In this document: positions 36,423 through 50,341 of the stretch, piece after piece
Numbering within the stretch: the first letter of the stretch is position 1
Layout of the letters: every line of letters starts with the position of its first letter
Source: Marsupella aquatica
Taxonomy: Eukaryota > Plantae > Marchantiophyta
Direction of reading: 5' to 3'
Assembly: GCA_973895155.1 (NCBI GenBank)
Contig: OZ316893.1
Span: 4,974,171 to 5,038,170, forward strand
DNA length: 64,000 bases
Position numbers and translations under genes: made by a program
Notes under the pieces: generated by a model
The model's input: only the letters and a program-made list of their open reading frames with translations
What the model was told of the DNA's origin: nothing
Database searches by the model: none

Positions 36423-37659
36423 TAGATATTCTAGATATATTGGTACCCTGTCTCCCTGTTTGGCATTTTTGTCCTTTTGCACTGTAAAAATAATTTTAGA
36501 GATACCAATTGTTCCAGGCAGTACCTTACCTGGTACATGGAAATTGTGAGAAATTTGTCACCCGGTGAGGAGGGGAGATTTGATTGTTTCTGTTCATCTT
36601 TCAATTTTTGTTCTTTGTTTTCCCCTTGCTGTTGTTTTCTTAGGATGATTTGGTTTTTACTTTTGGAATTTGCAGAAAATCATGGGGCCATGGTGAATCC
36701 TTTTGCATCCCCTCCCACCTTCCTGTTTTTTCGGGGGTGGAGGGGATTCTTCAATTTTCTCTGGGGTTGGGGGTGAATTGATGTTACTTGGGGGAAATGA
36801 ACAACTGCAATAGAGGGGGGGGGGGGGGGGTGCAGAAAACAGGGGGCAAATAAGTTTTTGTACTGACCCTCTTTCCAAAATCTGCATAACTCTCACACCC
36901 TCATGCCTTATATACCTGCTTGCAGACAATGGCATAAGTACATGTCATTTGCAACCCCTACTTTCATTTTGCAACTATCCCCACCATGCAACAACCCAGA
37001 TTTTGTATAATGACAATATTTACAAAGGGACCAACTATCCACAGTGACACATTTCCTGTGCCAATCACACTTCCACAACCACAAGTCCATTGCGGGGTCC
37101 ATTGTAACAACAACATGGTCACAATGGTGCAATCCATGAGAATTGGGCTACTTGGTTTATAACAAGGGAGCAAAATTTGCAAACATTGCACAGATGTTGA
37201 GTTGAGATCTAGCATACCTGTTAGGGTAGGGAATATGACTTATGACTGTGGCTGACATAGACTCATGGGTGAGGGTACATATTAAGTGGTTTCTGTTCAT
37301 CACTCCATCCTGGCCAGGCCCAGCCATGGTTCCCCCAAAAAGTGAGTAACTGTGGCTGAACTGTGTCTGACCACAGTTCAGCACTTGATGGTGTGGGATG
37401 CACCCTAGTTTTGCCAGAGCCACTAAGTTACATGGGCAGGTCTCAACCCTCACTCCTCTCCCAAAAACGAGGGAAATGAGTGGGCCACCCATATGTCAGC
37501 AACATTGTGGGCCAATTGAGCTAAGGAAAATCATACCAATGCTTGGGAACCTTAAGGAGAATAGATTTATGGGAAACCTCTCAAGCATTCTATTTGGTTG
37601 CCTTAAGAGCCAAAAGCAGACCATCTAACAGAGGTTAGATGGTTTGCTCCAGAGCATGC

Positions 37660-37882
37660 AATTTTCTACAGGGTAACCACAAGGGGACAACACCCTGGGA
37701 TCTCACCCAGGGCCCCAAAGCAGGCCAGCCTGAGGTTGAAGAGAGGTACTCCCATCACTACACTTCACCCACACGTTCACGCATATGCCCTTCACACCCC
37801 TCAGTTGCCCACGGAGAGACAATTGAACCTGGGATCTCTTCGAGTCTAATCCGGTGTCCAACTAACTGAAGCTAGTTGATTA
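37660..37882 (-). mobile_element. Candidate tRNA-derived SINE
   Basis: The minus strand has an A-box-like TAGCTTCAGTTAGTTGG (37874-37858) and a B-box-like GGTTCAATT (37829-37821) at tRNA spacing, followed by a ~150-bp unrelated body. Boundaries are approximate. Confidence 0.45.
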
Positions 37883-40606
37883 CTCTCAAGCATTATAATC
37901 TAGTGCAATTGAGCTTTGCACGGGACTTGCACAAAAATTGATGGTTTTATTCCCATAAATGACTAATGGCCAAAATATTATTCTCTTGTTTTACTTCTTC
38001 AATATTATCTTTCCTGCATACAGTGACCAGTCATTGTTCAAATCAAGATACTGAGAATATTTCTAGATTTAACGTCATTTTTCTTTTCGATTTCACAAGT
38101 ACTCTAGAATTATTCTGTCCGAGTGTCCCAAAATTGTGATTATTACTCATATTTTACGCGAATGGGTATGCCACTGCGGTAATCTTCATCTTCCACAAGC
38201 AAGCCGCTAGGAAACAAAACATATGAGTTGGCAATTTGCCCCAACTTGTTCGCCTTGTCAGTTGAAAGTAAAGGATTATCAATTAATGAAATGCCACAGC
38301 TAGGGCTATTTCTCTTTCAGCGGCATATTATTTCCTAGCACTGCAAAGCGGTCTACCGACCCTTCGCAAAACCCCAAGTTGACGTCAACATAACTGTATT
38401 AATTCCACTAATTAATCACCTAGAACGTCACTATGTCAGTCACAGATTGATCAATCTTCACCGTCGGATTACTCGTTCAACAGCTCAAACCCTCTCGAAT
38501 CTATTAACGGAAAATCGTGATGACGTAAGTATAAATGTAGTATTACTCCACTAATTAATCAGTCGACCACGCAAACTATTCAAATATAGGAGACTGATAA
38601 CGTCACATCTTACCATTCGACGGCTAAGATCACCCCGCTACAATTATGGGGAAAATCAAAATTCAGTAGAGCTTATCTCCTCCAATCAGGGTCTCCAAAT
38701 CGGAGGAACGGAGGAATAATCGCTAGATGACGGCGCCCTACCGTCAGCATGACGTCGAGGAGGAGTGAAGTCTCACCTAACCATGCGAACCTGGAGTTAG
38801 TTAATGAGGCAACGGGGGCGAATGCGTCAGCCTTGTAATTAATCGACCGGGAGTTAAATGATCTTGGTAACGTAACCACGGTAGGGCTGCACAACCAGAG
38901 CCAGTCCGTGGATAGAGCAAGAAATGCCGCCAAGATGACGGCAGCAAGAATAGCTAGTGACGGTTATTTATCGTTGGCTGATCAGGCTATTACGTCTAAA
39001 TAAGTAGCGATACCTTGGCGGCGGCGGAGGGTTATTGTCGCTAATCATTTGGAGTAGCTCTCCACATGGGGGCTCTAATAAACTCGGGGGCAGTATCGAC
39101 GGTGAGGATTGTCCTCGTTGGAGAGATATTTCCATCGTGACCCTTCGTTTTGGTCCCAGTGGATGGCCCCATTTGGTGAGGAAATTGAAGAGACGACGGC
39201 GAATAGTTACTCTTGTAACAGACTTTCGAATTCGCATTAACTTTCTCCCAGTGGTTACTTAATTTTTGTGGGGGCGCACCGCCACACCCAGTTCAGCTGC
39301 ACTTTCCTGTCTCCCCCCCATTGCCCATTCCATGCAGTCAGTCCATTGAGAGCCAAGTGTAGATGTGAGGGAGAAAAGTCCGCTTCAATTAAGAGAAAAG
39401 ATAACCTCTATGACGCTTTTGTTTTGATGTCTTGATTGACTTCGCCTCTGGAGTCTGTCGCAACCCAGTAATAGAAACCGTGTAATTTCGTCCTATCTCC
39501 CAAGGTTTTAAATGTTGCACTGCTATTTGTGTATGGCTGAGTATTTGGGCAACTTCCATGCTCTCGAGCCCACCTATTGGGAGGGTAGCACCCTCCAGCT
39601 GTAATTAAAGAAAGAAAATCCGATATTTTTGGGTTTGGTCTGCAACGTTATTGTATGGAAAAGGAAGCCTAGATGCACCTCGTGGATTGTCAAAAGTACT
39701 CGTATGGGGTTTTGCAACCCTGGTCAACCACGTACTCCTAATATCAGATAGCATTTTCTTAAATTAATCCATCCCGACTACAGTCCCAGGGAGCGTTATT
39801 TTCGGTACTATGATTTGTGAGAAATATGGGTGAAAGAACCTTAACGTTTTTGGAGTATATTAGGGCTTCTCAAAGCTTAAAAGTTGACAATGATGATCTT
39901 TCGCCATAAACAAACGACCATGGCTTTATCATAGGGTACATAATTTTTTTCACTAGGGACTTTTTGGCATGGCATATGACCCATTTCTATGTCAAAAAGT
40001 TTAGTTTCCATCTCTTTTTATGTCCCTAACCATAACTACTACATTAGGTCCATCAAATTTGAGGTTTGAGACCCATCTTGCTATGGACCAGGGCTGTTTA
40101 GTCGTGACAATTTGACAAAATGCACCACAATGAAAATTCATTGCCACATTTTGGCCAGGTGTTTTGCCTTTCATTAGCTTAGCTATGTTGAGTAAACCAC
40201 CCTTACTCATAAGAAGCATCAGATGTGCAACATCCAACAATCACACAAGTGGCCCATATAGGACACATGTTTGTGGGAACATACACAAGAGTTTACTGAA
40301 CTCCAAACTCATTACCCATACCTAGTCACTTTAGACTAAACTCTTCCTATCTCCCAATTATTGGTTGCAAAACAATGAGACTACGTTCCACTTACTAATT
40401 AAGTCATGCTATTGCATCTACTAGTAACACATCTTACTGAAACTAAACACCTAACTATGGTTGACTAACTATGGTTAGATAGTAACTCTAGACCTAAGAG
40501 TAAATGTTTAACTAGCTTCCCATCTATGCGCAGACCCCATTAGCCATGGGACACGATACTCGTGCCATATTTATAGTATTTTAGTGTCTTACAGTCACTC
40601 AATTAC

Positions 40607-40709
40607 GTACTCAGGTAAATTCACAGAGGTGATGAAACACACATTTCCCTTGAACTGTACTCAGGTAAATTCTATAGAGGTGAAGAAACACACATTTCCC
40701 TTGATCTGT
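40607..40709. repeat. ~51-bp tandem duplication
   Basis: GTACTCAGGTAAATTC..AGAGGTGA.GAAACACACATTTCCCTTGA.CTGT x2. Confidence 0.85.
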
Positions 40710-43700
40710 TATAAAAACAATTTGAGAGCACGGAAACTCTGGAGTTGGAAAAATTGAAACAAGTTTCAAGTAACCTAAGCTTGAGCAGCATTTAGGAAAA
40801 TATTTTTTGGCTGCAGAAGTTATCCAAAGCTCTTTACTATTTGTACTGACATACCAAATATTAATTTTTTTGCAGAATGCACAGGACTAACTATTCTTGG
40901 GAAATACTCCCAGGACACAAGTGGAGTCAAAATGTCTTTTCCCCACTATGATGTTTACATCTAGACTTTGTCCTGACTTTGCTCAAAGTCTGAATATTTA
41001 AGATAGCAAACTGTAAACTACATGCGAAAGAGAGGTAACAGTGTAAGTTTCCTTTTGTACTTCGTGCAGGTGGTGAGTTGAGAGCCTCAATCCCCTTAGC
41101 ATAAACTGTGTAGCTGACTTGTATGATCACATTATGATGGTCATTCTATGTACAGTCAGCTTCTGGATTGATGATTTTGATAAATGAGTCACTGCAACTT
41201 TTAAAAACCTCTTTGTATGATTCAAAAACCCATTCACCTAGACAATACCAAATGTACAAAACAAGTGCAAAGAAAGGTTACACTAGGAGGTGCATGCAAT
41301 ATGTCCCCGAGGGAAGAGTTAGTAGTCACAATGCACAGGGGTGCTCTTGTGGGGTAACCAATGCCCCTCGGGCGATCTCTAAGAAAATGAAATCCAGCTG
41401 CTTCCAAGGGTTCGGTAAGCAAACAAGATGTAACTAATGTGTTGACTTTAAGCTTGGGTTCAAACCTCTTCAAACCCTTGTAAGTTCAGCTCTGAAAACC
41501 TTGCACACAATTATTGTTTTACTTGTTACCATCCCTATCAAGTGTTATTGATGGTGGCACCTTTCCTCCTGTGTCCTGTGATCACAATCTTACAATAATT
41601 ACAGCTTGTCTCTTGCTTCTCTTTATCCATTTAGATGCGCTTCTTTGCCCCCATTCTCACAAGTCTTGACTGATTATATTGGGATTGAGCAAAACCGTGA
41701 GTGCAAGGGGAGTCACTATTAAAATTTGCAAACCTTTGCCACACAATGCCCTATTCTATAGAGTAGTGTCCCTTAATGCCCTGGGAAATTTTAAGCTATT
41801 TTAAAAACCAGGAGAAACCAAAGCTGAAAACAAAACCCTGCCCTGGGCAATTGCTTGCAAAATTAAAGTGCAACTATCCCTAATCATATAAGTAAACAAG
41901 CCCAACACCCTTGCATAATTGCACAATAACATCAATAGTAAGTAAAATTGAGCAGAAGTGTTGTCAAGCATAACTGAGATGGCCAGGCAATTGGGCATTG
42001 TGGGGAGTCAGCGTAACTCAGCCTGGACTTTGGATTTCAAGGAGTGTGCAAGCCGTGGGCAGAATAATTGGTAGGGAACTGAAAAGTTTGTATTGTGGCG
42101 CGTGCCCATTACATGGTTAGTAAGAATGTCACTATAAACAAATGGCCAGGGAGGCTTCCCACCATAATGACATTTGGTAGACAGATCATAAGAAAGAAGG
42201 AAGGAAAATGCATCTTACAATGTTTAGATGAGGACACAAGCAAAATGATGGAGAGGAGAATAAGTAAGTTTTAATAAGAGATACTTTGACCTTGCAATCA
42301 AACTACATAGTTGGAAAGCTAAGCCCAAATGGACTGACAAAGCTTGAATGGACTGGAGCCAAACATGCAAAACTGTTAAGATATACTTATGTCCAAAGGG
42401 TAACCTGTATCTGGCCAGATCACTTGTGACTGCAAGTTTTAGTTAGTTCAGGCCTTTAATTGAACGAGGGCTTCACTTTTTATTAACAACATCTCAAGTA
42501 GTTTGCTCAACAGTTGGAAACATAACAACATAATGTCACAAACTAAGGTGTTGCAGTTTTTCTGCACATGGCCTCAAGCTTCTATGACGTTCATTGATCT
42601 TTTATAAAGTGACCTTGCAACTTGCAGTAGCGTTGTTGCAGAGTCCTATTTTTTTAAAGATGGCTCCTCTTGATACAAGGATCGCTTCAAGTAATTTTGT
42701 GGTTTGGAACAATGCCAATTATGGAAGAGCATTGCAGCACCTACTTATACTCTAGCAGGAGTTTACTATGCATTTACAACTTTTGCCATCCATTTGGGAT
42801 CAAGTTCAATTACAGTCGGGTTAAAAATATGAAGTTTCCCTATCACAGTCCATGGGGATTGCCAAGACAAATTCCAGGTCCATCCGGGCTTTGACTTCAC
42901 ACGCTGGTGAAGGTTTCAATAGATAAACAAAGCAAAAGAAACAGGAGATATTTTGCAACATGATATTTAACATTGGAGAAAATGTGGAACATAAGGTAAG
43001 TTCAATCAAAGTTGATGAAGACTTGGGTTGGAGAGGCAAGGAAAGGTTATTTAATTTAATAAAACATATATTTCGAGGAAAGAAAATAAAGAGGCATGTG
43101 GAGGATAAGTTTGATCACACGTATACAAGCACTTCCGGTCAATTATACAGTCTCCGCAAAATGATTGTCCCCCTCCATTACAAGTACGGGACTACAAAAT
43201 TCTTGTGGAATTCGTTTCTGGCAAGCTTGGCACTGTACACTAGAACTTTGATTGGGCACACATTTAAACCACATCCGGACAATTCCAGCCTTTGCCCAAA
43301 TCTCCTCTCACACGACTGGAGTTGCAGGGAAAAGCGAATTCTTTTGATATTTCTGGGAACCTTGGCACTGTGTTCCGTAAAATTTGCCGTATCCAGCCAG
43401 AGCAATACCATTCTCGAGCCAAAAGAGACATCACGTTATGCTTTTCTCGTTCGCACTGTTATGTACTGGAGGCTAATTTTCTGGCCAGTTCCTGACTCCT
43501 CCTGCAGCAGCAGAAGCTTTCATTGGGCAGAGTGCAGTGGTAGAGAGTTCACGTCAGTTCTCATATTTTGTGCGTGTGGAAAAGCTATCGGAGAAAATCG
43601 GAAGGAGGGTATTTGACGTATGTGTGGGAACCAGATGACTGTGGGGACGACACAGTCGCGAGGAAGGGTTTTCGGAATTTCCTGCATTTCTCGCTCTGTT

Positions 43701-44744
43701 CGAGACGCTTGCCGCATGTCCACTCAGCTTTTCTCTCCCCAGTTTCATAGACCGTCCATCTCCCTTCGGACCAGACTTGGTCGGAATGAGTACTGTAGTC
43801 TGTAGACCTGGTGTTTTCATTGTGTTTCTGGACGTCCCTCGTGCTGCTGATAATAAAGTACCCGGTCATGGCCATTTTGTAAGTGAGAGCAAGTATAGTC
43901 AAGCTGCACCGTGCCCACCCGGCCACCACCATCCCTGACTACTACAGTACGTCCGGGTACGGTATCTCCTGCATCTCCTCATCTGAATTGAATTGCATTC
44001 CCTTCGGCGTGAATCCCAAATTCCAAATGGGGAGCTAGATTTCTGGAAGGAATGATTCATTGATTCATGGGAATCAATCAATAATCAATCAATCCGCAGG
44101 TGCTTGGGAACCTCAAAAGGAGGGGAAAGAGAAACGTGAGTAAGTTTACTCCAACCGACAGACGACGGACTGAGTGAGTGTGGTACATGGATCTTTGGAT
44201 CTACAGTGTTTTTGGTGATGGCGGCAGGGTCTGGCCATAGCGCGCAGTCGACTGCGCGAGGAGAAGGATTGCGGAATCTTTTCCGAACGAGCAAAAAGAA
44301 ATATGGGAGCGCGAGGAGGTGAGAATCTCCATCCCTATTTTGAGAATAATGGCGTAAAAAGGCTAGTATCTCCCGGACACCGTATCTAAGTAGCGCTGTC
44401 CTAACAACTCTTCGATGATTGGAATGGGAAGTACAGTGGAGAAAGGAGATAAGTGGCAATAGCGCCCACCAAAACCCAAAAGCGAATGATTCTGAGAGGG
44501 ATGATTGTGTATTGGGGAGATACGAAAGGTTGACCCCTTTGGATAATTTTGATAACGTCACCTGCTACCATTTGTTTTGGTTTTAAAATTTCTGGTGGTT
44601 GTTGAGCTACCGTAGTGCTGGAGACACCCCGCAAGAATGCAAAAATGAGCTGTGCAAAATAATGTTTTTAATCTGTGGGCACTTTTCTTCTGAAAGATAT
44701 GGATGGACCCGATTTGGACTTGCCCAGCAAATAGAGCCTTTAGA

Positions 44745-45600
44745 GGCCGTCAACCGGCAAGTCGGCACCCGGACTATTCCGGCCCCGGCCCCATCCCCCG
44801 GTCCCAGCCCCGGCCCGAGTTTGACACTTCACCCCCATCCCCCGGCCCCATCCCCCGGTCTCGCCCCCCCCTTCCCCTTTTTTACTCCCCCGGTCCCGGC
44901 CCCGGCCCCCAGTCCCGGCCTGAGTTGACCTTTTTTACTCCGACCCCCGGTCCCCGGTCCCGGCCTGAGTTCACCTTTTTTACTCCCCCGGTCCCGGCCC
45001 CGGTCCGCATCCCCCGGTCTCCCCTCTTTAACACTCCCGGCCCCGGCCCGGCCCACCCCCGCTCGGCCCGGCCCACCCCCGCCCGACCCGGGCCCACCAC
45101 CACGTGGGCCCGGGTCGGGCGGGTGCGGGCTGGGCCGTAGGCACGGCCGGCAGGGAGGAGGGGTAGTTCGGGAGGCCCGGGAGGGGGATTTAGTGAGGAG
45201 GGGAGCAGGGAGGAGGGCTTCGGGAGGAGGAGGAGGGGAGGGGAGGAGGGAAGAGGGGTTCGCGAGGAGGAGGGAGGAGGGGAGGGGAGTGCGCGAGGGG
45301 AGGGGAGGGGGGAGTGCACGAGGAGGAGGGAGGAGGGGAGGGGAGTGCGCGAGGGGAGTGCGCGAGGAGGAGGGAGGAAGGGGAGGAGGGGAGGAGGCCG
45401 GGAGCATGGCGGGCCGGGTCTGGGGCCGGGCCGGGTCCGGGTGAGGAAGACAGGCAGGGTCTGGGAGGAGGCCGGGTTTGGGCCGGGAAGAGTTCGGGCC
45501 GGGCCGGGGAATAAGTGCGAATATCCGTCAAATAGGGGCATTTTGGTCCGACAAATGCCGAGTTTACGTGCCGGGCAAGTTGGCAAGTTGCCCGTCACTT
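44745..45600. repeat. Very GC-rich, CCGG-rich repetitive insertion with a central palindrome (probable TE-derived)
   Basis: C-rich left half with repeated TTTTTACTCCCCCGGTCCCGGCCCCGG; G/A-rich right half with repeated GAGGGGAGTGCGCGAGG. 17-bp perfect hairpin at 45081-45120; sharp boundaries with AT-rich flanks. Confidence 0.6.
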
Positions 45601-47538
45601 CAAACCGGGTGGATGGATGTGACAGATGCTACAAAGAACATGTCAATTTTCTGATTGGGCGATTTTGCACGAAATACTAGCGTATTTGCAGAACGCAAAG
45701 AAAGTTTTTGGCAATTGAAGCGCAATGTTATTAATCATTACGATATTCACAAAAGCTGATTTGGATGAGATTTAAGCACCACCTGAAATTAAGTCTGGGT
45801 AAATGGGATTTATCTTACCTGGAGAATCTCACTGCCAGAATCAAGCAAAGTTATTCACTATGAGGAGACCTCCTAATAAAAGCCCAGAAATAAAGATCAC
45901 TCTTGGGAGGGCAAGATCTTAAAAAACAAAACCATCCAACTTATCATAAGTTGAATGCTCAACAATAGATTCTGGTCCTGGAGTTCTAACAAGGATGAAG
46001 ATTATTTGAATCTAAACACTTCACTAAAATAACATCTTATCTCACCCCCTCTCCCAACCGACACTAAAACCCTGGTTTACATCATAAGTTGAATGCAGGT
46101 TTTGGTATTGAAGTTAGACAAGGATGAAATAAGTTGAATTTCACTACAAATATATCTCCCCAACAACGAATTGCTAACTTTCAGCAAAATTATTGCTGGA
46201 CTGGGAGTGAGAAGCTTCCACCAAATTGTTCAATAACAACTACAGTAGATGCAGTCCCTTTTTGGAAACAGAATTAACACAAAAGAACCTAGAGCAGGGG
46301 ATGGACATACTTTTCTGAATAAACTGTTCCTTTGGGTAAGTAGAGCCTTGTGCAACCATTGCACTGGTGAGAAGACGCTATTTCCAACAAGTATTTGTCC
46401 AACAACCGGGTGTGAGGTCTGCCTTTGTTGGGGAAAAAGGCTTTATCTATCCAATCGTCAAAATATGTGAGGAGTTTGCCAATAAGGTAGTGGGTGCTTG
46501 GTTGGGACACGCGTTGTGGCAGAGTAACAAATTGCTTTCCCATGGCCCTCAACCAGTGACTGTTGCATGGCCACTGAGGGCAAGTACGATAAACGAAATA
46601 ATTCCCACTTAGAGCGAGGAAAGGCCAATTCTATTGTACCGGCAGGTAGGATACTCAGGAGTTATAAAGAATCAATTTCATGGCACTGTATATATCACAC
46701 TGTCATCGAGGGACACTATACCCAAGGCAGGCGACCCAATAAAATAGAGAACAAGAGGGCGAAACCCAAGAAACCAAAGAACCAAAGCTCGAGAGTACCA
46801 CACAATTGCAACCTGAAGTCTACAATCCTTCTGAAATCCACAGTTTCGTCACCTCAACAGAGAAGCTGGACAAGAGCGAGCACACCAAGCGACTTTGGAA
46901 TTTTCGATCCGGTACGCAGATGATCTATTTTTTCTTAAAATCGGTGTTAGCTGTAGGTGCCAATGGGGCTTGGGAGTTGGGAGTTGGGCAGAGAGACGAG
47001 GTGTCACTCGATAGCTGTCGTCGTTTACCGTACGGAGAATTGTCGCCTGCTGTATTTCGATCCTCCTCATACGCATTGCGATTTTGCACTTTACGGCTAC
47101 TAGTCCACTAGGGAGGTTCGTCGAAATCGAGGCCGTAGGCAACTATGTAGCCTCTGGTGTAGCTAGCCTACTAGATATAGCTTACTACTCATCATTGAGC
47201 GAAAGCCAAGTTGGGGAAGAACCGAAGAAGTTCCATCTTCCAGAATAGAATAAGACTGGGATCCAGAGAAGGGATATCATTGCCATCAGGGAAATAGCGG
47301 TGCTGAGGTCTTCGGTTGAGTTACAGTGATTCCGGTTGCTCACAGCCTTTCGCCAGTGGAGTGTGTGTTTCGTGCTTGCAAAGCTCTGATAACTTCTCTA
47401 GCTCGTGGAAGCGGCATTCTCTGAACTCGGAGAAAGTGACCTTGACCTTGAATGTGTTTGAAGTCTGGAGCTCGAAAGTGAGCACTGGAGCCTAGCTTGC
47501 TTTCGGTTGCTTGCGGTTGACCGTTCAGAGGTGATCCA

Positions 47539-48414
47539 ATGACGCTAATCGCTGCTGGTTCTCGGAAGATAGAGAAGAGGGGAAAGAAGGCTCGCGACGG
47601 GAGATATAGAGGAGTGCGGCGCAGGCCGTGGGGCCGTTTTGCTGCAGAGATTCGGGATCCGAACACGAAGGAGAGGAAGTGGCTGGGGACGTTCGACACG
47701 GCCGAGGCTGCAGCTGAAGCTTATGACAATGCTGCTCTTTCAATGAGAGGTTCTAAAGCGCGGACTAATTTCATGTACCCGACTCAGTCCATTGGTCACA
47801 TTGATCAGATCGCTGGCACAAACTCGTTTCAAGGAAGGCCCGCCCTGGAGTGGATCACGAATTTGGCTATGAAGGCTCAGATTCACATGGGTCCATATAA
47901 GACCACGCCAAAGCCAGGTGCCATCCCTGAGATTGATTTGTACCGATCCAGTAGAAATGACGCTGTGCAATCTAGCTCTTGCGACGGGATGCAGACGGGA
48001 TCTTTCCCAGCAAGCCTCTTCCCAGGAAATTGCAACGCCTCCTCGAATAGCTTCGTGCCCCGAACCCCACCGGCGGAACAAGCGGTCCACAATACTTTTT
48101 CACCTTCAGAGACGTCGTCCTGTGTTACAGATGCGAGTGACCGCAAGCCCCAACTGAGGTACCCTGAACTTCTCTTCGAAGAAGACTATCGACTGGTTAG
48201 TGTGGCATCAAGGGAAATGACAACTGACAACGATTACTTCGATACTTCTTCGTCCATATGCCCATTTGGAAAGTCGGAGCCGATGGATAACGACTTCTTC
48301 GAGATGGCCTCCATGGATAGTGATTACCTCGACATGATGAGAAGTCTCGTCATCCGAGATGATCACCTCGACTTGCCATACCTTGAAGATCCAACTATGC
48401 TTCTGGCGTCATGA
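47539..48414 (+). CDS. AP2/ERF transcription factor, ERF group VIII (ESR1/DORNROSCHEN/LEP-like), intronless
   Basis: [60 protein letters not shown]. The IRDP..KER.WLGTFD and MRG.KARTNF.YP signatures fit the ESR1/DRN/LEP clade. Acidic C-terminus; in-frame stop just upstream of the ATG. Confidence 0.93.
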   Translation: MTLIAAGSRKIEKRGKKARDGRYRGVRRRPWGRFAAEIRDPNTKERKWLGTFDTAEAAAEAYDNAALSMRGSKARTNFMYPTQSIGHIDQIAGTNSFQGRPALEWITNLAMKAQIHMGPYKTTPKPGAIPEIDLYRSSRNDAVQSSSCDGMQTGSFPASLFPGNCNASSNSFVPRTPPAEQAVHNTFSPSETSSCVTDASDRKPQLRYPELLFEEDYRLVSVASREMTTDNDYFDTSSSICPFGKSEPMDNDFFEMASMDSDYLDMMRSLVIRDDHLDLPYLEDPTMLLAS

Positions 48415-49834
48415 GAGTTGTAGACGATCGTGGTATTTGCATATGATTCCTCTCCCAGTGTAATCTCTAGCTACAGTTTTGAGGTCCTTTAGGATCGGAT
48501 CTGGAGATAAACCTCCTTTACAAGTATCTAGTGGGCGAGCGAAACGGGATTCTTTTTTGTACATTGAGTGATTACTGCTTCTTCACATCCATCCGTGTTT
48601 CAATAAACATGCTGTATATTTCGTTCACAAGTCTGCGTGTTTTCCTTCCAGGGTTTTATGGCATGTCATGTCAGTAAAATCACCCGGATGTTGGGTGTTT
48701 GCTTTGATCGAAACAATTTGTCCCAAATGGAAACCGATTGGTCTAGAATTGTATGGAGCGAGCATAACCTTTAGTAGTAGCAGTGGGAGAAGGGTCTGTG
48801 ATGGCATTGAGGTCACTACTGACTGAACTTTGACGTATATTTCATGAATGTCATGATCAGTGAGTTGCGTCAATTCTAGCTAAGCGAGAATTGTGACGAA
48901 CTGTAGTCGGGCAATGTGCTTTGATGTCTACCTCGAGTTGGATCGGTATTGAGGTCCGAACGAAGGCTGGATGTCAGATGCACGGCTGGAGAATCATCTT
49001 GGATTGATACCCTGAAGAACGCTTGGTGAAGGCACTCTGCTATGTAGGGTACACGTGAGATGACGGAGTTGGGGACGAGCGACATGTAAATGAGCTTCGT
49101 CGCGTACCGTGGAGCAGATTGAGAGGCTGCATGGCCTTCGCTCGAAAGTCTTGTCCTACGGCTAGCTTTCAGCGGTCTTTGCCACCCCTTCAGCGAAGGA
49201 GCGCTCTCCTAGGGTGCGAAAGAGACGTTTCCTAATCACCTGATAGTTTTGATATAGTGGATTATCGTTGTCTGAGTAGTACGATTCCTCGTTGTTATGA
49301 TCGCCGGGTAGCTCTTACCCCTACAGCTGCTCTAAAGCAGTGGGAGCAGCGATCTCTTCGCAGACTACTAGAGTTGTTTCACTTGTCTGTGTAAGTTGTA
49401 TGGTTGGTGATGTGTCTGGAGATCAGAACCGAACTCAGAGGATTTATGTTCAGGTTGGTAAGAATTGGCGACAGTGACCCATTAATTTGTGGAACTAGGA
49501 GGCTGAGCATGGAGGCTGAGCATGGAGAAACTACCAGACCTGTCTGGAGAAGAATTATAGAGACAGAGGGGAGCTAGTCCCCACCAAAGCGTCAATGAGT
49601 ATGGCATCACTATCAATTGTTTTAGTATGCCATGGGATTGGATGCACAGCATCTGCATCATGTAGGAATGATCAGAGAAGGGTGAGAATGGCTTACGTAG
49701 TTCTCACACAGTCGTGATTGAGATCCGTAAATCCTTGATTTCGGTTACCATCCTATTTTGCTTCCTCGTCACAGGTGTCCAGTTGAGGTGCTGTCTTCTC
49801 CTGTTACATCTTTCATTTTTAGTATCACACTAAC

Positions 49835-50341
49835 CTTCTGTTACGGTACTACTCCAATTACATGGCTCGTCCTGTGCATCTCAGTATCTTACGTGTGTTC
49901 CTTCATGTCCATTTGTACTTAAACCTCCTATCTCAGTCTCGTTCCCTAGACTACGTGTTGAGTTAGTGAGCACACGCATTCATGGAAGTGTTTACTTCAC
50001 TTTTTGCGGCACCATGAGCCTTTCTCCCTTTACTTTCATCGCCGCTTTGGAAGTGCAAATACAAAGGATCGAGTATCACGTTCATCTTCTGTTAAGGTGT
50101 TACTCCAATTACATGGCGTCCTGCGCATCTTAGTAAGTGACGATTGTTTCCTTATGTCCATTCGTACTTCAACATGAAGAATGACATTTGTCAGTCTCTT
50201 TTCCTTTAATCAAACTACGTGTTGAGTTAGTGAGAAGACGCATACATGGGAAGGTTCATATCTCTTCACGGTTTCAGGAGCGTTTCTGCCTTTACTTTCG
50301 TCATGAACTGTGGAAGTGCAGCTATAAAGAAACGAGTAATC
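49835..50341. repeat. Diverged ~250-bp tandem duplication
   Basis: CTTCTGTTA.GGT..TACTCCAATTACATGGC...CTACGTGTTGAGTTAGTGAG...GGAAGTGCA occurs at 49835 and 50086. Confidence 0.8.

Noticed and set aside
42960-43616. 218-aa ORF
   Set aside because: No domain, motif or codon pattern that I can recognise; left uncalled.
44599-45680. Multiple Pro/Gly/Arg-rich ORFs on both strands (and similar ones at 60621-61229)
   Set aside because: By-products of very high GC and low complexity, where stop codons are rare.
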